Assembly (NCBI GenBank): GCA_946415375.1
Contig: CAMKSF010000002.1
Location: 32,538-96,537, forward strand
Length of the DNA: 64,000 nucleotides
Reading direction: 5' to 3'
Source of the DNA: an uncultured Clostridia bacterium
GTDB taxonomy: Bacteria; Bacillota; Clostridia; TANB77; CAG-508
Numbering within the stretch: the first letter of the stretch is position 1; the number at the start of each line of letters is the position of its first letter. A program made the position numbers and the translations under genes. Below, one piece after another: positions 49,013 through 58,635 of this stretch. Below the pieces are notes generated by a model, which saw only the letters and a program-made list of their open reading frames with translations, made no database searches and had not been told where the DNA came from.

Positions 49013-49897
49013 ATGGAGGAAGAATTAGAATTAGCTACAATAGAAGAAATTCAAGGAATGATTTATACTATAAGAGGAAAACAGGTAATGTTAGATTCAG
49101 ATGCTGCAAGACTATATAATACTGAAACAAAAAAGATAAATCAAGCTGTAAAAAGGAATATTGAACGATTTCCAGAAGATTTTTGTTTTCAATTAACAGA
49201 AGAAGAATATGAATCTTTAAGGTCACAAATTGTGACCTTAAACAAAAATGGTAGAGGACAGCATAAAAAATATTTACCATATGTTTTTACAGAACAAGGT
49301 ATAGCAATGCTTTCTGGATTATTAAATAGTGAAAAAGCTGTTGAAATGAGTATTAAGATAATAAAAGCATTTATAGCTATGAGAAATTTTTTGCGTTCTA
49401 ATGGACAAGTGTTTGAACGTTTAACATCAGTGGAATATAAATTATTAGAACATGACAAAAAATTTGATATTGTATTTGACACACTTCAAGAAAAAAAGAT
49501 AGAAAATCAAAGAATATTTTTTGATGGCCAAATTTATGATGCATATAACCTAATAATAGAGATAATAAAAAAGGCAGAAAATAAAATCACAATAATAGAT
49601 AATTATATAGATGATAGCATTTTAGAAATGTTATCTAAGAAAAAAGATAATGTGGAAGTTGTAATTTTAACATCAAATAAGAGCAATATAAAAAATATAG
49701 ATATTCAAAAATTTAATAAGCAATATCCAACGCTTAAATTAGCTAAAACAGATAGATTCCACGATAGGTTTATAATTCTAGATGAAAAAGAAATGTATCA
49801 TTTAGGAGCTTCTATAAAGGATTTAGGTAAAAAATGTTTTGGAATTAATAAGATAGAAAGTGACAATATAATAGAACTTCTTTTAAAAGAAATATAA
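49013..49897 (+). CDS. ORF6N (KilA-N-like) domain protein with conserved C-terminal HDRF...GASIKDLGKK module
   Basis: IYTIRGKQVMLDSDAARLY...INQAVKRNIERFPEDFCFQLT...GQHKKYLPYVFTEQGIAMLS matches my memory of the ORF6N domain. Confidence 0.7.
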   Translation: MEEELELATIEEIQGMIYTIRGKQVMLDSDAARLYNTETKKINQAVKRNIERFPEDFCFQLTEEEYESLRSQIVTLNKNGRGQHKKYLPYVFTEQGIAMLSGLLNSEKAVEMSIKIIKAFIAMRNFLRSNGQVFERLTSVEYKLLEHDKKFDIVFDTLQEKKIENQRIFFDGQIYDAYNLIIEIIKKAENKITIIDNYIDDSILEMLSKKKDNVEVVILTSNKSNIKNIDIQKFNKQYPTLKLAKTDRFHDRFIILDEKEMYHLGASIKDLGKKCFGINKIESDNIIELLLKEI

Positions 49898-50011
49898 TGT
49901 CAACCGCACGATAAAATCGTGAAGTTGAAAATGAAAGAACTCGCCACTAGACAACACCCAAAAAAAGTGATAGAATTCTAACATAAATAAAGAGAAAAAG
50001 GGGATACAACT

Positions 50012-52267
50012 TTGGAACTAGAAGGAGAAATAACATCAATAATCTATCAAAATGAAGTAAATAGTTATACAATAGCAGAAATGTATGTTGATGAAATAGA
50101 TGGCAAAGAAGATAATTTAATAACAATAGTTGGATACCTACCATTTGTAGTAGAAGGAGATGAACTAAAAATAGTAGGTAGATTTGTTGAGCACAAAGAA
50201 TATGGAAGACAATTTAAGGTTGATACTTTTGAAAAGCTTATGCCACAAACTCTAGAAGCATTAGAAAGATACTTAGGTAATGGAATGATAAAAGGAGTAG
50301 GACCAGCGACTGCAAGAAAGATTATAAATACATTTGGTGAAGACACAATCAATGTTATAAAATATCAACCTTTAAAACTTTCACAAGTAAAGGGAATCAC
50401 AAAGGAAAAAGCATTAGAAATAGCAGAAAGTTTTATAGAGCATTGGGAAGTATGGCAGATTGTAGGCTTTTTAGAGAGGTTTGGAATAGGAGCAGAGAAT
50501 TCTAAAAGAGTTTATGATGAACTTGGAATAAATGCAATAGAGCAGATTGAAGCAAATCCATACATTTTAATAGATATTGCAAGAGGTGTCGATTTTAAGC
50601 AAGTTGATAAAATGGCAATGGATTTAGGAATTGAAGAAAATAATGATAAAAGAGTTAAAAGTGCTATAAAATATGCACTTATAAGGATTACATATAATGG
50701 ACATTGTTGTACACTTGAAGAAAATTTAATTGAGTATGTGAGAAGTCTTTTAGGAATTGCAACAGAAGATATTGAGAATAGTTATATAAATTTAAAGGCA
50801 ACAGGAGAAATTGTAGAAGAAGAACGAGAAGATGGGCAAATTTGGGTATATCTTGCAAACTTTTTCGATACAGAAAATAGCATAGCTAATAAAATTATAG
50901 ATTTAGATAATGCCAAAAATATGAAATATGTTAAAAACATAAAAAAAGAATTAGGAAAGATTGAAATTATAGATGATATAGAACTTTCAGAAAAACAAAA
51001 AGAAGCAATAGAAGCGGTAAATGACAATAATGTAAGTATAATAACAGGAGGACCTGGTACAGGAAAAACAACAATTATTAAATCTATTATACAAATATAT
51101 CAAGCAAAAGGAAAAAAAGTTGTGCTTTGTGCACCAACAGGAAGAGCTGCAAAAAGAATTACAGAAACAACAGGAGAAGATGCAAGTACTCTTCACAGAC
51201 TTTTAGAAATAGGAAAATTTGATGATGATATATTTTTAAAAAAGCAAAAAGAATATCAAGGAACACCAATAGATGCAGATGTAGTAATTGTTGATGAGGT
51301 TTCAATGGTGGATATGTTTTTGATGAATTATCTAGTAAGTTCACTGTATAAAGGAACTAAACTTGTTTTAGTAGGGGATAGTGACCAGCTACCATCAGTT
51401 GGACCAGGGAGTGTTTTAAAAGATTTAATTGAATCTGAAGTAATAACTACAATTCATTTAGACAAAGTGTTTAGACAAGCAGCAAAGAGCCAAATAGTTG
51501 TAAATGCACATAGAGTAAATGAAGGAGAATATTTCTTACCAAAAGAAGATTTAGAAGAAGATTCTAAACAAGATTTTTTTGTTATAAATGAATCAAATCC
51601 TGAAAAAGTGTTATATCAAGTTCTATCATTATGTACGGGAAGACTTCAAAATTATGGGGATTATGACTTTTTCAAAGATATTCAAATTTTAACCCCTACT
51701 AAGAAAGGAATGCTTGGGACTAAGGAATTAAATGCTTATTTGCAAAAAGCTTTAAATCCAGAAGATAGTTTTAAGAATGAAAAAAAAGCAAATGGTGCTA
51801 TATACAGAGTAGGTGATAGAATAATGCAAGTAAAGAACAATTATGATATCACATGGGAGAAAGAAAATCCATATAGAGAAGATGGAATAGATTATGGTAC
51901 AGGAGTATTTAACGGTGAAATTGGAACAATAACAGAAATAGATGAAATGGAAAAAAGTGTAACTATAAAGTTTGATGATGACAAAGTTGCAGTTTATGCT
52001 TATACAGATTTAGAGCAAATTGAGCATAGTTATGCAATTACAATTCATAAAGCTCAGGGTAGTGAGTTTGATGTAGTTATTATGTGTGTTCCAAGAACAG
52101 CTCCAGTACTTCTTACAAGAAATCTTTTATATACAGGAATAACAAGAGCAAAAGATTTATTAATAATTGTTGGAGATAAAAACGTTACTGAATTTATGAT
52201 TCAAAATGTTGATAGTAAAAAGAGAAATACAGGCTTAAAATATAAATTAACTTCAAGGAGGAAATAA
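50012..52267 (+). CDS. recD2: RecD2-type ATP-dependent DNA helicase
   Basis: 751 aa, TTG start. GGPGTGKTT, VIVDEVSMVD, GDSDQLPSVGPG, YAITIHKAQGSEFD. Confidence 0.9.
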   Translation: MELEGEITSIIYQNEVNSYTIAEMYVDEIDGKEDNLITIVGYLPFVVEGDELKIVGRFVEHKEYGRQFKVDTFEKLMPQTLEALERYLGNGMIKGVGPATARKIINTFGEDTINVIKYQPLKLSQVKGITKEKALEIAESFIEHWEVWQIVGFLERFGIGAENSKRVYDELGINAIEQIEANPYILIDIARGVDFKQVDKMAMDLGIEENNDKRVKSAIKYALIRITYNGHCCTLEENLIEYVRSLLGIATEDIENSYINLKATGEIVEEEREDGQIWVYLANFFDTENSIANKIIDLDNAKNMKYVKNIKKELGKIEIIDDIELSEKQKEAIEAVNDNNVSIITGGPGTGKTTIIKSIIQIYQAKGKKVVLCAPTGRAAKRITETTGEDASTLHRLLEIGKFDDDIFLKKQKEYQGTPIDADVVIVDEVSMVDMFLMNYLVSSLYKGTKLVLVGDSDQLPSVGPGSVLKDLIESEVITTIHLDKVFRQAAKSQIVVNAHRVNEGEYFLPKEDLEEDSKQDFFVINESNPEKVLYQVLSLCTGRLQNYGDYDFFKDIQILTPTKKGMLGTKELNAYLQKALNPEDSFKNEKKANGAIYRVGDRIMQVKNNYDITWEKENPYREDGIDYGTGVFNGEIGTITEIDEMEKSVTIKFDDDKVAVYAYTDLEQIEHSYAITIHKAQGSEFDVVIMCVPRTAPVLLTRNLLYTGITRAKDLLIIVGDKNVTEFMIQNVDSKKRNTGLKYKLTSRRK

Positions 52268-52304
52268 AATACTAAGTAAAATATTAGACGTAATCTATCC
52301 ACCA

Positions 52305-52916
52305 GTGTGTGGGATTTGTGGAAAGTTAGACCAAAAATCTCTGTGTAACAAGTGTAAAATTAAATTACAAAAAAATGCTATATGTAAGATAGAAGACTAT
52401 AAAAAAACATCTAGTTATTTTAATGAACATATATATCTATTTCAATATACTGGTGAAATAAGAGATACTATTTTGCAATACAAGTTTAATGAAAAGTCAT
52501 ATATTTATAGGACTTTTCTAGAATTTATAAAAAATAATGAAAATATTTGTGCACAAATTAAAAAGTATGATATAATTATTTCAGTGCCAATAAGTAAAAA
52601 GAGATTAAACACACGAGGATATAATCAAAGTGATTTGGTTGCTAAAAATTTAGCAAAGATATTAAACATAGACTATAACCAGAAGGTTTTGGTTAAAATA
52701 AAAGACAATAAACCACAAAGCGAGATGAAACAAGATACAAGAAAAAGCAATGTTAGTGGTGTATATAAAGTTGTTAATGAACAAAGAATAAATAAAAAAA
52801 AAGTTTTAATTGTAGATGACATATTTACAACAGGAAGCACTGTAGATGAATGTGCAAAAGTTTTAAAAGAAAATAATGTGGAAAGTGTAGGAGTATTTAC
52901 ATTAGCAAAAGATTGA
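52305..52916 (+). CDS. comFC: ComF family protein (ComFC-like phosphoribosyltransferase)
   Basis: CGICG...CNKC zinc finger and VLIVDDIFTTGST PRTase motif. The reading frame is open from 52251; see the finding on a possible AUA start at 52269. Confidence 0.8.
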   Translation: MCGICGKLDQKSLCNKCKIKLQKNAICKIEDYKKTSSYFNEHIYLFQYTGEIRDTILQYKFNEKSYIYRTFLEFIKNNENICAQIKKYDIIISVPISKKRLNTRGYNQSDLVAKNLAKILNIDYNQKVLVKIKDNKPQSEMKQDTRKSNVSGVYKVVNEQRINKKKVLIVDDIFTTGSTVDECAKVLKENNVESVGVFTLAKD

Positions 52917-52967
52917 TGAAGTAACTTTTTCCTCAGTTCTAAAAACTAATAAAAAGGAGAGAAGAGT

Positions 52968-54911
52968 ATGGATGATTTATTAGAAAGTGTACTTGATTAT
53001 GTAAGATCTGATTATACAGATTATGCAATTATGATAAACGGGGAATGGGGATCAGGAAAGACATATTTTTGGAATAACAGAATAAAAAGAAAAATTGAAT
53101 CTTTAACTTTAAATGGAAGAAGATATAAAACAATATATATGTCTTTATATGGAATCTCAAATCTTGAAGAAATAAGCAAAAAAATATTTATTGAAACAAC
53201 TCAACTTATGGACAAAGATTTAAGAAAATATATGCAAACACATGAACAGGAGGGAATTCCTGAATATGCGAAAACAAGCATAGATATGGCAAATTTCTTT
53301 GGACTTTCTAAAAGTGGAGAGAAAATGGACTATGACGAGTTTTTCGCTGTAACTGATAAGGTTTTATGTTTTGATGACTTAGAAAGAGCTAATGTTGATG
53401 TTATAGATATTCTAGGGTATATAAATAATTTCGTTGAACATGACCATATGAAAACGATTATTATTTGTAATGAAAAAGAGCTTGCAACAAAGATGAAAAG
53501 TGAAAACCTAGAGATGAAAACATTTATTGCAACATATCTTTTAGACAAGCAAGGGGAATTAAACAATAATGATTTACCTATGGTAGAAAAAATTAAAGAC
53601 AGAATAGAAAAGGTTTTTGAAAGAACAAATGATTATGAAAGAATAAAAGAAAAACTAATTGGAGAAACATTTGAGTATGCTCCAAAATTTGATTATATAA
53701 TTAATGGAATATTAATGAGATATGAATCATATCCATCTTTTCTAAAGTTTTTAAGAGAAAACTCAAGTTATATAATGGCAACATTTAAGAGAAGTGGAAC
53801 AAGAAATTTACGTATTTTAAAACAAGCTTTAAATGACTTTAAAAAGATATATGAAATGACTGAAAAGCTTTATCCAAATACAAATAAACTTGTAATGCAA
53901 ACAATGCTTATATTTACGATTGCTGCATCTTTTGAAATAAAAGCAGGAAAAATTACAAAAGAGAAATTTAAGAATATAGAAGATAATGAAGAATACAAAT
54001 CAATTTTAGTTTCTTCAAGAGTTTTAATGGATAACAGACAATTCTATATTAAAGAATTTGATAGCAATTACTATTATAATTTTAAAGCAGAATACAGATT
54101 TTTCAAATTTATTGAATACTATATTAGAACAAGAATTTTTGATATGAAGCTATTTAAAAAGGATATGGAAGAAGCTGAACTTTCTTCTGGTGGAGAAAAG
54201 GAAATGCCAGCATATAAAAAGATATTAGTTGAAGAGTACTGGAAGATTCCTGACGAAAAATTCTTTGAAGTAATATATGAAGCTTTAGAAGATGTGAAAA
54301 AAGGAAGATTACAATTAATTGAGATAGCAAAATTATTTGTATATTATATTTATTTTTATAACAATAATTTAATAAGCTATGATTTAAAAACATTAAAAGA
54401 AGATTTTATTACAGGAATGAATATAGCAGTAACTCATTCAAGATATTTTCCAAATGTTCGTGAGGAACTTGAAAAAATATCAATTTATAACAATTCAGAT
54501 GATATAAATGATGTTGTAAGTAGCTTTAATCAGTTAAATGATGAATTACTTGAAAAAGAATATGAAATAAAAGCAGAAGAAATATTTAAAAATATTCCAA
54601 TGAAAATGGAACAATTCTATGAAAGATTTGATAATGAATGTATGGATGTACCAATATTTAAATATTATGATCCATATCAGATTTTACAAAGAATTTCTTG
54701 TGCTACAAATGAAGATATAGTTATTATAAAAGAAAGAATGATAAAAAGAGCAAAACAACATCCAGATATTTTAAAAGATGAAATGAAGAATATGAATTCT
54801 TTAAAACGTATGATAACAGACTATTTAAAAGGAAAAGACACAACAATCAAAACAGTAATTATGAAGGGATTTGCAAAAGACTTAGATCAAATAATTGCAG
54901 AAGAAGAATAG
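52968..54911 (+). CDS. KAP-family P-loop NTPase
   Basis: AIMINGEWGSGKTYFW Walker A, VLCFDDLER Walker B, ~400-aa helical C-terminal region, 647 aa. Confidence 0.75.
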   Translation: MDDLLESVLDYVRSDYTDYAIMINGEWGSGKTYFWNNRIKRKIESLTLNGRRYKTIYMSLYGISNLEEISKKIFIETTQLMDKDLRKYMQTHEQEGIPEYAKTSIDMANFFGLSKSGEKMDYDEFFAVTDKVLCFDDLERANVDVIDILGYINNFVEHDHMKTIIICNEKELATKMKSENLEMKTFIATYLLDKQGELNNNDLPMVEKIKDRIEKVFERTNDYERIKEKLIGETFEYAPKFDYIINGILMRYESYPSFLKFLRENSSYIMATFKRSGTRNLRILKQALNDFKKIYEMTEKLYPNTNKLVMQTMLIFTIAASFEIKAGKITKEKFKNIEDNEEYKSILVSSRVLMDNRQFYIKEFDSNYYYNFKAEYRFFKFIEYYIRTRIFDMKLFKKDMEEAELSSGGEKEMPAYKKILVEEYWKIPDEKFFEVIYEALEDVKKGRLQLIEIAKLFVYYIYFYNNNLISYDLKTLKEDFITGMNIAVTHSRYFPNVREELEKISIYNNSDDINDVVSSFNQLNDELLEKEYEIKAEEIFKNIPMKMEQFYERFDNECMDVPIFKYYDPYQILQRISCATNEDIVIIKERMIKRAKQHPDILKDEMKNMNSLKRMITDYLKGKDTTIKTVIMKGFAKDLDQIIAEEE

Positions 54912-54966
54912 AAAGAAGGAACGGTTTTCTTTTCCTAGTTTTATAGAAAAGAGAATCGTTTCTTTT

Positions 54967-55179
54967 TTATTCTTCATTATCAGCTATAAAAGTAAATAAT
55001 TCATCAAAAGTACAATTTAAGTTTTTTAAGAAACCTTCTAAATATTTATACGAAATAGATTTTTTTCCTACTTTTAAGGCTTTGTTAAGATTATAAAATG
55101 TAATATCCATCTCATTGCATAGCCAGGATTTTGTTTTTCCTTGTTCTTTTAGAAGTCTTTCTACATTTAATATTATCAT
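54967..55179 (-). CDS. XRE/Cro-CI family HTH protein (70 aa)
   Basis: LLKEQGKTKSWLCNEMDITFYNLNKALK helix-turn-helix. Confidence 0.7.
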   Translation of the reverse strand: MIILNVERLLKEQGKTKSWLCNEMDITFYNLNKALKVGKKSISYKYLEGFLKNLNCTFDELFTFIADNEE

Positions 55180-55271
55180 TATTTAGTACCTCTTTTCAAT
55201 ATTACAATTATACTCAGAAACTACTTAAAACTAATTGGTTTCATCTAATATATTTTATAATATAGTATTTG

Positions 55272-55287
55272 CAAGTACTAGCACTTG
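55272..55287. promoter_or_regulatory. Imperfect palindrome in the divergent promoter region
   Basis: CAAGTACTAGCACTTG (14 of 16 symmetric), GC-rich in an AT-rich spacer upstream of the XRE gene. Confidence 0.3.
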
Positions 55288-55394
55288 TAGGTGAGAGAAT
55301 ATTTGTTATAAAAATAAAAACAAATTATCAAAAACTATTATTTTTTTAAAAAATATGATAAAATGAAAACTAAGAAAAACAAATGGGGGAAAAT

Positions 55395-57173
55395 ATGAGT
55401 ACAAAAAAGAAAATATTTATTCTAATAATAAGTTGTTTATTAGTTTTTAGTATAAAGACAACAGTGAAAGCTGATAATACTGGTCACAGTTCAAGAAAAA
55501 TAATTAATCCTGTATATGAAGAATTAAATATAAATATAAAAGATGGCAGTAAAAATAAAACGAGAGCTATACTTAAAAATTCTGGATTAGTTGAAGATGA
55601 AGAAAGCTATACAGAAGACAAAAATAAATTTGCAAGTGATTTAAGAGATAATGCAATAAATAGAAATAATAACTTTATGCTTTATTTAAAAATAGAAACT
55701 GAAGAGCAAATAGGTGAAGAACAAATAAACGAATATGCAACAGAAGCATTCAATAATGCAACATCTGAAGAACTAGCAGAGAATAGCTCAGGCGGAGATT
55801 ACCTAAAATGGTCGTGGTATGAGTTTGGTTATTCTGCAGATTGGAAATCATTCTCTGTAAATGAAAAATATACAAATTATATAATATTTGATTTTGATTT
55901 AACATATTTTACTACATATGATCAGGAAGAAGAATTAAATTCAGATATACAAGCATATTTAAATGAACTCGGTACTAATCTATCAGATTATGAGAAAATA
56001 GTAAAAATATATGATTATATAACAACTAATGTGAAGTATGATGATGAGAATGACGATTCATATCTTTTAAAATATTCAGCATATGCAGCTTTTGAAAATA
56101 AAACTGCAGTATGCCAAGGATATGCAAATTTGCTATACAAAATGTTAAAAGAAGCAGGAGTACAAAATGTAAGAATAATTGCAAGTGACACTCATGCGTG
56201 GAATATAGTAAAATTTGAAGACATATATTATTGCGTAGATGCAACATGGGATTCTGATATTAAACAAAATGGATTAGAATACAGTTTTTTCTTAAAAGGT
56301 CTTAATACTTTTAATGGTTTAAGAGAACATACAATGATGGATGAGTTTCTTCAAGAAAGTTTTACTATAAATTATCCAATATCGGCTGAAGATTATGTAT
56401 TCTCAAATAATGGACAAAATGAAAATGGAGGAAATGGAACTAATGATGGAAATGAAACAGGAAATAATGATAGCCAAAATGATACAAATGCAAGCAATAC
56501 AAGTACAGAGAACAGTACAAACACAAATCAAACAATAAATACAGATACTAATATAAAACCAAATACAACAACAACTAATAACAATGTACAGAGTACTGTT
56601 AAAAATCCAAATAAAATTACAGGATTTAAGTTAAAAACTAATTATACAAATAAAGTAAAACTAAAATGGGATAAGCAGTCACAGATTACAACATATAAAA
56701 TAGAATTATACAATAAAAAAACAAGAAAATATGAATGCAAAAAAACACTAAACTTAGATGCTACTTCAGCTACAATAAAGGGATTAACAGATGGAACTAC
56801 ATATAAATTTAGAATAAGAGCAGTAAAAACTGTTAATGGTAAGAACTATTATGGAGAATATACATACTTAAAAATTACTACAAAGCCAAATAAAGTTACG
56901 ATTTCTAAAATTAAGTCAACTGCCAAAAAGAAAATAAACGTTTATTGGAAAAAGATTTCTAATAGTAGTGGATATGAATTACAATACTCTTTAAAGAATA
57001 ATTTTAAAAGTAAAAAAAGTGTAAAGATAAAAAGCAAAAAAATATTAAATAAAACAATAAAAAGTCTAAAAAGTAATAAAAAATACTATATAAAAATAAG
57101 AGCATATAAACTAGTTGAAGGCAAAAAAATATATGGAGATTTCAGTAAAGTTAAAAATATAAAAGTAAAATAG
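55395..57173 (+). CDS. Secreted transglutaminase-like cysteine protease domain protein with Asn/Thr-rich linker and Fn3-like repeats
   Basis: Signal peptide KKIFILIISCLLVFSIKTTVKA. Cys-His-Asp triad context AVCQGYANL / DTHAWN / CVDATWD. Two C-terminal ~90-aa repeats (KVKLKWDK.., INVYWKK..). Confidence 0.7.
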   Translation: MSTKKKIFILIISCLLVFSIKTTVKADNTGHSSRKIINPVYEELNINIKDGSKNKTRAILKNSGLVEDEESYTEDKNKFASDLRDNAINRNNNFMLYLKIETEEQIGEEQINEYATEAFNNATSEELAENSSGGDYLKWSWYEFGYSADWKSFSVNEKYTNYIIFDFDLTYFTTYDQEEELNSDIQAYLNELGTNLSDYEKIVKIYDYITTNVKYDDENDDSYLLKYSAYAAFENKTAVCQGYANLLYKMLKEAGVQNVRIIASDTHAWNIVKFEDIYYCVDATWDSDIKQNGLEYSFFLKGLNTFNGLREHTMMDEFLQESFTINYPISAEDYVFSNNGQNENGGNGTNDGNETGNNDSQNDTNASNTSTENSTNTNQTINTDTNIKPNTTTTNNNVQSTVKNPNKITGFKLKTNYTNKVKLKWDKQSQITTYKIELYNKKTRKYECKKTLNLDATSATIKGLTDGTTYKFRIRAVKTVNGKNYYGEYTYLKITTKPNKVTISKIKSTAKKKINVYWKKISNSSGYELQYSLKNNFKSKKSVKIKSKKILNKTIKSLKSNKKYYIKIRAYKLVEGKKIYGDFSKVKNIKVK

Positions 57174-57186
57174 TTAAGATGTTTCT

Positions 57187-57220
57187 AAAAAGCTAACTGT
57201 TATGCAGTTAGCTTTTTTTA
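57187..57220 (+). terminator. Rho-independent terminator
   Basis: AGCTAACTG-ttatg-CAGTTAGCT followed by T7. Confidence 0.65.
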
Positions 57221-57300
57221 AGGTATATTATTTCCAACATATCAATTATATGATATAATATATCTATAAACAATAAGTTGAAAAAAAGTAGGGAAAGAAA

Positions 57301-58164
57301 ATGAAAGAACAAACATATATAATCAAAAATCAAGAATCATTTGAATTAAGAGATATATTTGAATGTGGACAATGTTTTAGATGGAATGAAAACAAAGATG
57401 GAAGTTATACAGGAGTTATTAACAAAGGTGTATTAAATGTTAAAAAACAAGGGGAGAAAGTTATATTTACTGGACTTTTAGATGGGAATATTGAAGAAAT
57501 TGTTAGATTTTATTTTGATCTAGATAGAAATTATGAAGAAATAAAAATGCAATTATCAAATATAGATAAATACTTAAAAACAAGTGTTGAATATGGAAAA
57601 GGAATTAGAATTTTAAATCAAGATTTATGGGAAACAATTATTTCGTTTATAATTTCAGCAAACAATAATATTCCAAGAATAAAAGGGATAATAGAAAGAA
57701 TATCAGAAAAATATGGTACAGAAATAAAGTGGAAGAATGATAAGTACTATATTTTTCCAACGCCAGAACAACTTGGAAAAGCTACAGTAGAGGATTTAAG
57801 AAACTTAGGAACAGGATTTAGGGATGTTAGAATTTATGAAACCACACAGAAAGTTTTAAATGATGAAGTAATTTTAGCAAATACGGAAAGAAAAGGGACA
57901 ATAGAAGCAAGAGAAGAATTACTTACTCTATCTGGTGTAGGACCAAAAGTTGCAGATTGTATTTTACTATTTTCAACACTTAAAAGGTTTGATGTTTTTC
58001 CGATTGATGTATGGGTAAGAAGAGTTATGAATGAACTATATATTAAAAATAAAGATGAATCAAAAGTTAGTAAAAAAGAGATAATGCAAATTGCAAATGA
58101 TAAATTTGGAAATCTAGAAGGATTAGCACAACAGTATTTATTTTATTGGAAAAGGGAAAGTTAA
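57301..58164 (+). CDS. ogg: 8-oxoguanine DNA glycosylase/AP lyase (Ogg1-type HhH-GPD)
   Basis: LSGVGPKVADCILLF with the catalytic Lys, and FPIDVWV Asp. Confidence 0.8.
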   Translation: MKEQTYIIKNQESFELRDIFECGQCFRWNENKDGSYTGVINKGVLNVKKQGEKVIFTGLLDGNIEEIVRFYFDLDRNYEEIKMQLSNIDKYLKTSVEYGKGIRILNQDLWETIISFIISANNNIPRIKGIIERISEKYGTEIKWKNDKYYIFPTPEQLGKATVEDLRNLGTGFRDVRIYETTQKVLNDEVILANTERKGTIEAREELLTLSGVGPKVADCILLFSTLKRFDVFPIDVWVRRVMNELYIKNKDESKVSKKEIMQIANDKFGNLEGLAQQYLFYWKRES

Positions 58165-58282
58165 AATTTGCTGAATTATGTCGAAAAGTTTTTTACTAAT
58201 TTTTACAAGATTTATTGCATTTTTTTATAAAAAGTGTATAATATATATAGAAAAATTTTTTAGTCATATTTATGACCATAGC

Positions 58283-58321
58283 AAAAAAAGACAGATGCCG
58301 TAACACATCTGTCTTTTTTTA
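58283..58321. terminator. Bidirectional rho-independent terminator
   Basis: A7-GACAGATG-loop-CATCTGTC-T8. Confidence 0.65.
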
Positions 58322-58324
58322 TTA

Positions 58325-58453
58325 TTATAAAATTTCTTTTATAATAGATTTTACCACAACTACAATTTCATAAATTTGTTTTAAAAGCTTTAATATTTTA
58401 TGTAGTATTTTATTAATTGTAATAGTGTTCTTGTCTTTTGATTTTTTAGTCAT
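58325..58453 (-). CDS. Candidate 42-aa small protein
   Basis: ATG at 58453 is 7 nt after GGAGGTGA. Product MTKKSKDKNTITINKILHKILKLLKQIYEIVVVVKSIIKEIL. The ORF-track start at 58558 lacks an RBS. Confidence 0.35.
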   Translation of the reverse strand: MTKKSKDKNTITINKILHKILKLLKQIYEIVVVVKSIIKEIL

Positions 58454-58561
58454 ATCTGTATCACCTCCATTCTGCTGGAAATGCCATAGCCAATCTAGTT
58501 TACCACATAAAAATGCAAAGTCTGTCGAAAATTGATACATAAATCTAATTTTTAACAAAAA

Positions 58562-58593
58562 ATGTAAAAAACCCTTTTACATTCTTTTTTTTT
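58562..58593 (+). terminator. Orphan terminator-like hairpin upstream of smc
   Basis: ATGTAAAA-aaccc-TTTTACAT followed by TC+T9. Confidence 0.4.
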
Positions 58594-58635
58594 GTGATAG
58601 AATTGCAAATATAGACAAAAAGAAGGAGAAGAAAA

